DNA of 64,000 nucleotides from Candidatus Woesearchaeota archaeon (GTDB lineage Archaea; Nanobdellota; Nanobdellia; Woesearchaeales; JACPBV01): NCBI GenBank assembly GCA_016180135.1, contig JACPBV010000015.1, positions 2,007 to 66,006 of the forward strand, read 5' to 3'. Shown piece by piece: positions 60,232 to 64,000 of this stretch (position 1 is its first letter; each line of letters starts with the position of its first letter). The notes under the pieces were generated by a model. It saw only the letters and a program-made list of their open reading frames with translations, ran no database searches and was not told where the DNA came from. The position numbers and the translations under genes were made by a program.

Positions 60232-63200
60232 AAAATATCGGTGTGAAATATTTTACAATGTCAACGATGAAAGATGAACCGGGGAAAAACGGAATGTTAT
60301 TGCTAATCATCTTAATCTTAGCCTTATCTCTTCCTTTATCTCTTCCCTTCTCTCTCGCCATCACCACCTTTGAAGAAACAGCCACCCCTTCCAGAATCGT
60401 AGGTGAATCCCCGACTGAGATGCTCAGGCAGATGCAGCGTGGCGGATTGGATATCAGCGAAGCCGCCTATTTTTCTTATGAGACCGGCAAAAATAAAAAG
60501 CTGGAGCTTCTCAAGGAGCAATTCGGAGAGGTAGAATCAAATCTTGAGACGGGCGGCTATACGTTCTATGATGTTCACAATGCTGCCAGGGATTTATCAA
60601 AGAATGAGCTGTTTATTATTGAAGCCTATGGCTGGCCAACACCCCTTTCAGCCTATACTGGCCAGGTCCCCTATTGGCTTGGCTCTGATCCTCTCTTCCC
60701 AAAAGACCTTGTAAAATGGCAGGAATCCATTGAGCAGAAAAACCCGCTTTTTTTCTTTGAATCCCTCTATGGCGGGCTCTACCTTCCGAAACAGGATTCA
60801 TTTGTATCACGCACCGTAAGAGATGCGACCGTCATTGCCCCAATGCTCTATAATACCCCCCAGTTCACCAAATCTTTTATCTGCATGCTCTGGGACGGAG
60901 AGACAGTAGGGGAAGCATTCCAAAATGCGAGAAACTTCCATTATAACGGAGGTTCAATAACGAGGGAAGGCAATTATCTCGGATTGATCCTCCAGTCTTA
61001 TGCGTTGTTTGGAAATCCTATGCAGTCAATAAACATGGACTGGGGCTTTATGGATTTTTACGCTATAAAAGACAAGTTCTGCAAAAACAACCTTGAAAAC
61101 CTGGAAACCGGCATTGAGTATCTTGGGCAGGAAGGCAATTATTCAAAATTCCGAAAACACATTAGGTTTCAGATTGATGAGCATTCAATCATTGGCGAAG
61201 GAAACTTCTCAATCATAAACGTCTCGGATGGCTTCCAAAGAGAGATTTTTGGGGAGCCTGTCCTTCCCATGGCTGTCAGAACCACATTTTTTCCAAAAAA
61301 CACAATTCTCATCAACATTTCTGTCCTAAGTGTGGCTGACAGCGCTGGCCTTGATATTCCAGCCCCCCCATCCTATGAGGAGGATTACACAAACAGGACT
61401 TGCTACGAAGAATATGAGAATTATAGCATAACCTTTGGCGGTGCCTACACTAAAGATGCCTTAGAAGTCGTCGCAGAAATCCATCCTGTTGAGATCATCA
61501 ACTGCACTGAAGGAAAATTCCGCATCTACAAGACGTTTGACTACTTCATTGATTACCTTGCCGTCAGCCCAGTCCTGATAAAAGATGTTCAAAGCCCGCC
61601 AAAAGCCGCAATCAGCCAAAAAATAAATATCTCCGTTGAGTTGAAAAAGCTTACCGACGGAGCAGTAAACGGCTCAATTGCGATTTTCGATCAGAGCAAC
61701 AACAAGCTTCTCGAGACAGAGATAGGAAATGTTATTCCTGCCATAAACCTGAGCTTTACCGCCCCCCCAAGAGAAGGCATCCAGAAGTATAGTGCGGAGT
61801 TCATCCAGGACAACAGGACAGTTGCATACAGGCCTTTTTCAGTCGATGTTGCCATACTCGAGGTTGGCTCTGAAATTCCAGTTACTGCGCTGCAGGACAC
61901 AAGTATCAATCTTACCTTTGAGTCCTTCTATGATTCCCAGTTCCCTCTGGACGCAAAATACGCCCTCCAGGAAGGAAACGCCATCATTGCCGATGGGCAG
62001 TTTTCCATGCAAATAGCCAAAGGAACAACAAAAAAATCTCTCTCCTTCACCGGCCTCAACAGGACAGATCAAAGCTACACCTTAACAATCCAGCTCTCCT
62101 ACCTTGACCAGCAGAAGGTAGAAACGTTCCTTATTGTGACAAATAACGTCCCATTGATTCAGGCGCATTTCAACAGGACTGCCCGGGAAGATGAGATAAT
62201 GGCTCTGAACATAGATGCATTAGACCTGGATAATGACTCGTTGACAGTATCCATCAATGATACGAGGCTTGAAAAAGTTAATGGTTCCTATGAATGGGAT
62301 ACAGACTTCGGCGATGCCGGTCAGTATGCAATTGAGATTACGGCAGCTGACGGTGTTGTTGCCTCAACCCAAGTCCAGTCATTTATCATTGAGCCATTCC
62401 CGAATGCCCGCCTTATTGATTTTTTTGACGGAAACAGAAAAGGCATCTCTATCAATGTTTCCCCTCAGAGCCCCGGCTACCTTTGGATGAGATTGCCAAA
62501 AGCTGCTTCCCTGCTCTCTGCAAAGCTGTTTATATCCCAGGATTTGAACGCAGCCCCGATTCCAGAGTTTGCATCCTCGAACAGCAGGGCATACTCAACA
62601 AAAAACATCGACAACGAAACATTCTTCATAAGAGTTGAGGATAAATCTTCCCAATATCTGAATACTACCTTTTTCGAGGACATTGTCTGCCTTGCGACTT
62701 TATGCCCAAGCAGCTGCAGCGACGAGATAGCATATTCTGTTTACATTAATGGGCAGAAAGCCTGTGATAAGTCCATCTGCACCTTTGACAATTGCGGCCA
62801 GAACATATCAATAAATTATGGCAGTATTGCTGCCGGATTAAACAGCATCACAGTTTACCAAAGAAAGCCTGCATGCTGTGAGAGCACTCAGATTTTTGAC
62901 CAGATAAGGCTGGAAAACCCAAGAAGCTATGTCCTTGGCAGCAGCTCTTTTCCTGATGTTGGCATTTCATTTGATGCCCTCAACGACAGCTCTTTGGATT
63001 CATCATACAATGGTCCCCTCAATAATACTCCCATCAAGGCCTTCCTTAATGTGACTGCAATCCAGGATTTCCTCCGGAATTGCCCGCGCAGCGCAAATGC
63101 AACCTGCCTTGTTCCGATCAAGGTAGAATCTTCAACATCAAACACGCTGTCAGTCTCACCTTATGTGGTTTACCTCCCCGGGGAAGCTCTCTCTACGACC

Positions 63201-63752
63201 CTGAACATAAGCCTCAGGGAAGGCTGGAATATGGTTTCATTCCCCTTTGAACTTGCGATTGAGGACCTGAGCCAGGGGCCATTCAGCACAGTGCCCGAAA
63301 ACTGCACAAGAAAGCTGGCAAGATACAACACATCAAAGAAACAGTATGAGATGGCAAAAAAGAATGGCTCAGGATGGAAATCGATTGACAACCTTACAGC
63401 ACTGGACGAATCAGCAGGATATTTCGTTATGGCCTGGGAAGACTGCAGCCTCCTGGTTGAGTTAGGGGGGCAGCAGCAGAAAAAGATTTTCCTGGAAGAA
63501 GGATGGAACCTGATCCCCTATCCGTCTGAGACTGTAAGAAGCCCGAAAGAGGTATTTTCGAACGTGACTGGGCAGTTTATTTCTGTTTTCACATTGGAAA
63601 ATAAGGCATGGCTAAGTTACAGCCCGCTAAAACCTTCCTCACTCAATTCCCTGGAAATTATGGGGCCAGGCCAAAGTTATTGGGTCAATATCAACGCCTC
63701 AGATGCCGCCTGGGAATTTGATGAGGGAAAAGGAATGTTCATCAGGCAATAA
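60219..63752 (+). CDS. Secreted protein: degenerate C25 (gingipain)-like catalytic half, C25-propeptide-like domain, Ig-like domains, GWN repeats (start probably 60258-60294)
   Basis: Signal LLLIILILALSLP, TVGEAF, YALFGNP, GEPVLP, LREGWNMVSFP / LEEGWNLIPYP. Confidence 0.72.
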   Translation: MDKIKNIGVKYFTMSTMKDEPGKNGMLLLIILILALSLPLSLPFSLAITTFEETATPSRIVGESPTEMLRQMQRGGLDISEAAYFSYETGKNKKLELLKEQFGEVESNLETGGYTFYDVHNAARDLSKNELFIIEAYGWPTPLSAYTGQVPYWLGSDPLFPKDLVKWQESIEQKNPLFFFESLYGGLYLPKQDSFVSRTVRDATVIAPMLYNTPQFTKSFICMLWDGETVGEAFQNARNFHYNGGSITREGNYLGLILQSYALFGNPMQSINMDWGFMDFYAIKDKFCKNNLENLETGIEYLGQEGNYSKFRKHIRFQIDEHSIIGEGNFSIINVSDGFQREIFGEPVLPMAVRTTFFPKNTILINISVLSVADSAGLDIPAPPSYEEDYTNRTCYEEYENYSITFGGAYTKDALEVVAEIHPVEIINCTEGKFRIYKTFDYFIDYLAVSPVLIKDVQSPPKAAISQKINISVELKKLTDGAVNGSIAIFDQSNNKLLETEIGNVIPAINLSFTAPPREGIQKYSAEFIQDNRTVAYRPFSVDVAILEVGSEIPVTALQDTSINLTFESFYDSQFPLDAKYALQEGNAIIADGQFSMQIAKGTTKKSLSFTGLNRTDQSYTLTIQLSYLDQQKVETFLIVTNNVPLIQAHFNRTAREDEIMALNIDALDLDNDSLTVSINDTRLEKVNGSYEWDTDFGDAGQYAIEITAADGVVASTQVQSFIIEPFPNARLIDFFDGNRKGISINVSPQSPGYLWMRLPKAASLLSAKLFISQDLNAAPIPEFASSNSRAYSTKNIDNETFFIRVEDKSSQYLNTTFFEDIVCLATLCPSSCSDEIAYSVYINGQKACDKSICTFDNCGQNISINYGSIAAGLNSITVYQRKPACCESTQIFDQIRLENPRSYVLGSSSFPDVGISFDALNDSSLDSSYNGPLNNTPIKAFLNVTAIQDFLRNCPRSANATCLVPIKVESSTSNTLSVSPYVVYLPGEALSTTLNISLREGWNMVSFPFELAIEDLSQGPFSTVPENCTRKLARYNTSKKQYEMAKKNGSGWKSIDNLTALDESAGYFVMAWEDCSLLVELGGQQQKKIFLEEGWNLIPYPSETVRSPKEVFSNVTGQFISVFTLENKAWLSYSPLKPSSLNSLEIMGPGQSYWVNINASDAAWEFDEGKGMFIRQ

Positions 63753-63785
63753 ACATTTAAATAACCCCCTTCTCCCTAACCCATT

Positions 63786-64000
63786 ATGGCCGGAACAAAC
63801 ATCAAAAAATGGGTTCTTCAGAACGCCCTCACCTACGGCGGTAAAGCCAACCCCGGAGCAGTCATCGGAAAGGTCATCGCCGAGCATCCCGAGGCAAAAG
63901 AAAGGATAGCTGAAATAGCCAAAGAAGTCCAGCAGATTGTCAAAGATATCAACAAACTCTCAGCTGAGCAGCAAAAAAAAGAGCTGGAATCGCTTGCGCC
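63786..64000 (+). CDS. gltX: Glutamyl-tRNA synthetase, N-terminus (3'-truncated by window edge)
   Basis: Hand translation IKKWVLQNALTYGGKANPGAVIGKVIAEHPE...INKLSAEQQKKEL, the archaeal GluRS N-terminal domain. Confidence 0.82.
   Translation, partial: MAGTNIKKWVLQNALTYGGKANPGAVIGKVIAEHPEAKERIAEIAKEVQQIVKDINKLSAEQQKKELESLA

Overview
Archaeal genomic DNA, most consistent with a DPANN lineage such as Woesearchaeota. This is inferred from the archaeal r-proteins L7Ae/S28e/L24e, aEF-1alpha, aEF-2 with an AHIHHGK P-loop, the secF-secD order and GGTGA/GGGG Shine-Dalgarno motifs. The housekeeping backbone is a geranylgeranyl reductase (partial), rps10, tuf, cutA, ubiB/aarF plus a phasin-like gene, secDF, pyrG, a uppS-like gene, rpl7ae-rps28e-rpl24e-ndk-fusA (fusA carries a 476-aa LAGLIDADG intein) and the start of gltX. 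Three accessory regions stand out. (1) About 7-25 kb: a regulator-rich island with a catalytically degenerate phosphofructokinase next to a Ser/Thr kinase, and an operon of divergent sugar-phosphate enzymes. (2) 34.4-36.8 kb: two AT-rich cargo genes (RhuM, Bro-N), each bracketed by copies of a repeat that encodes what looks like the C-terminal tail of a restriction-modification enzyme, i.e. a cassette-like array. (3) 45.5-63.8 kb: a surface locus with an S-layer-like gene, a 2053-aa adhesin and a candidate polymorphic toxin system. That system comprises a Cys-rich 2041-aa protein with an AT-rich HEXXH tip, an AT-rich orphan immunity candidate, and a partner protein. A gingipain (C25)-like domain appears split between the toxin and the partner and lacks its catalytic His/Cys. 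tuf and pyrG each lack a short essential segment, probably an assembly artefact. No rRNA, tRNA or CRISPR array was recognised. All family calls come from motif recognition by eye, with no database searches.
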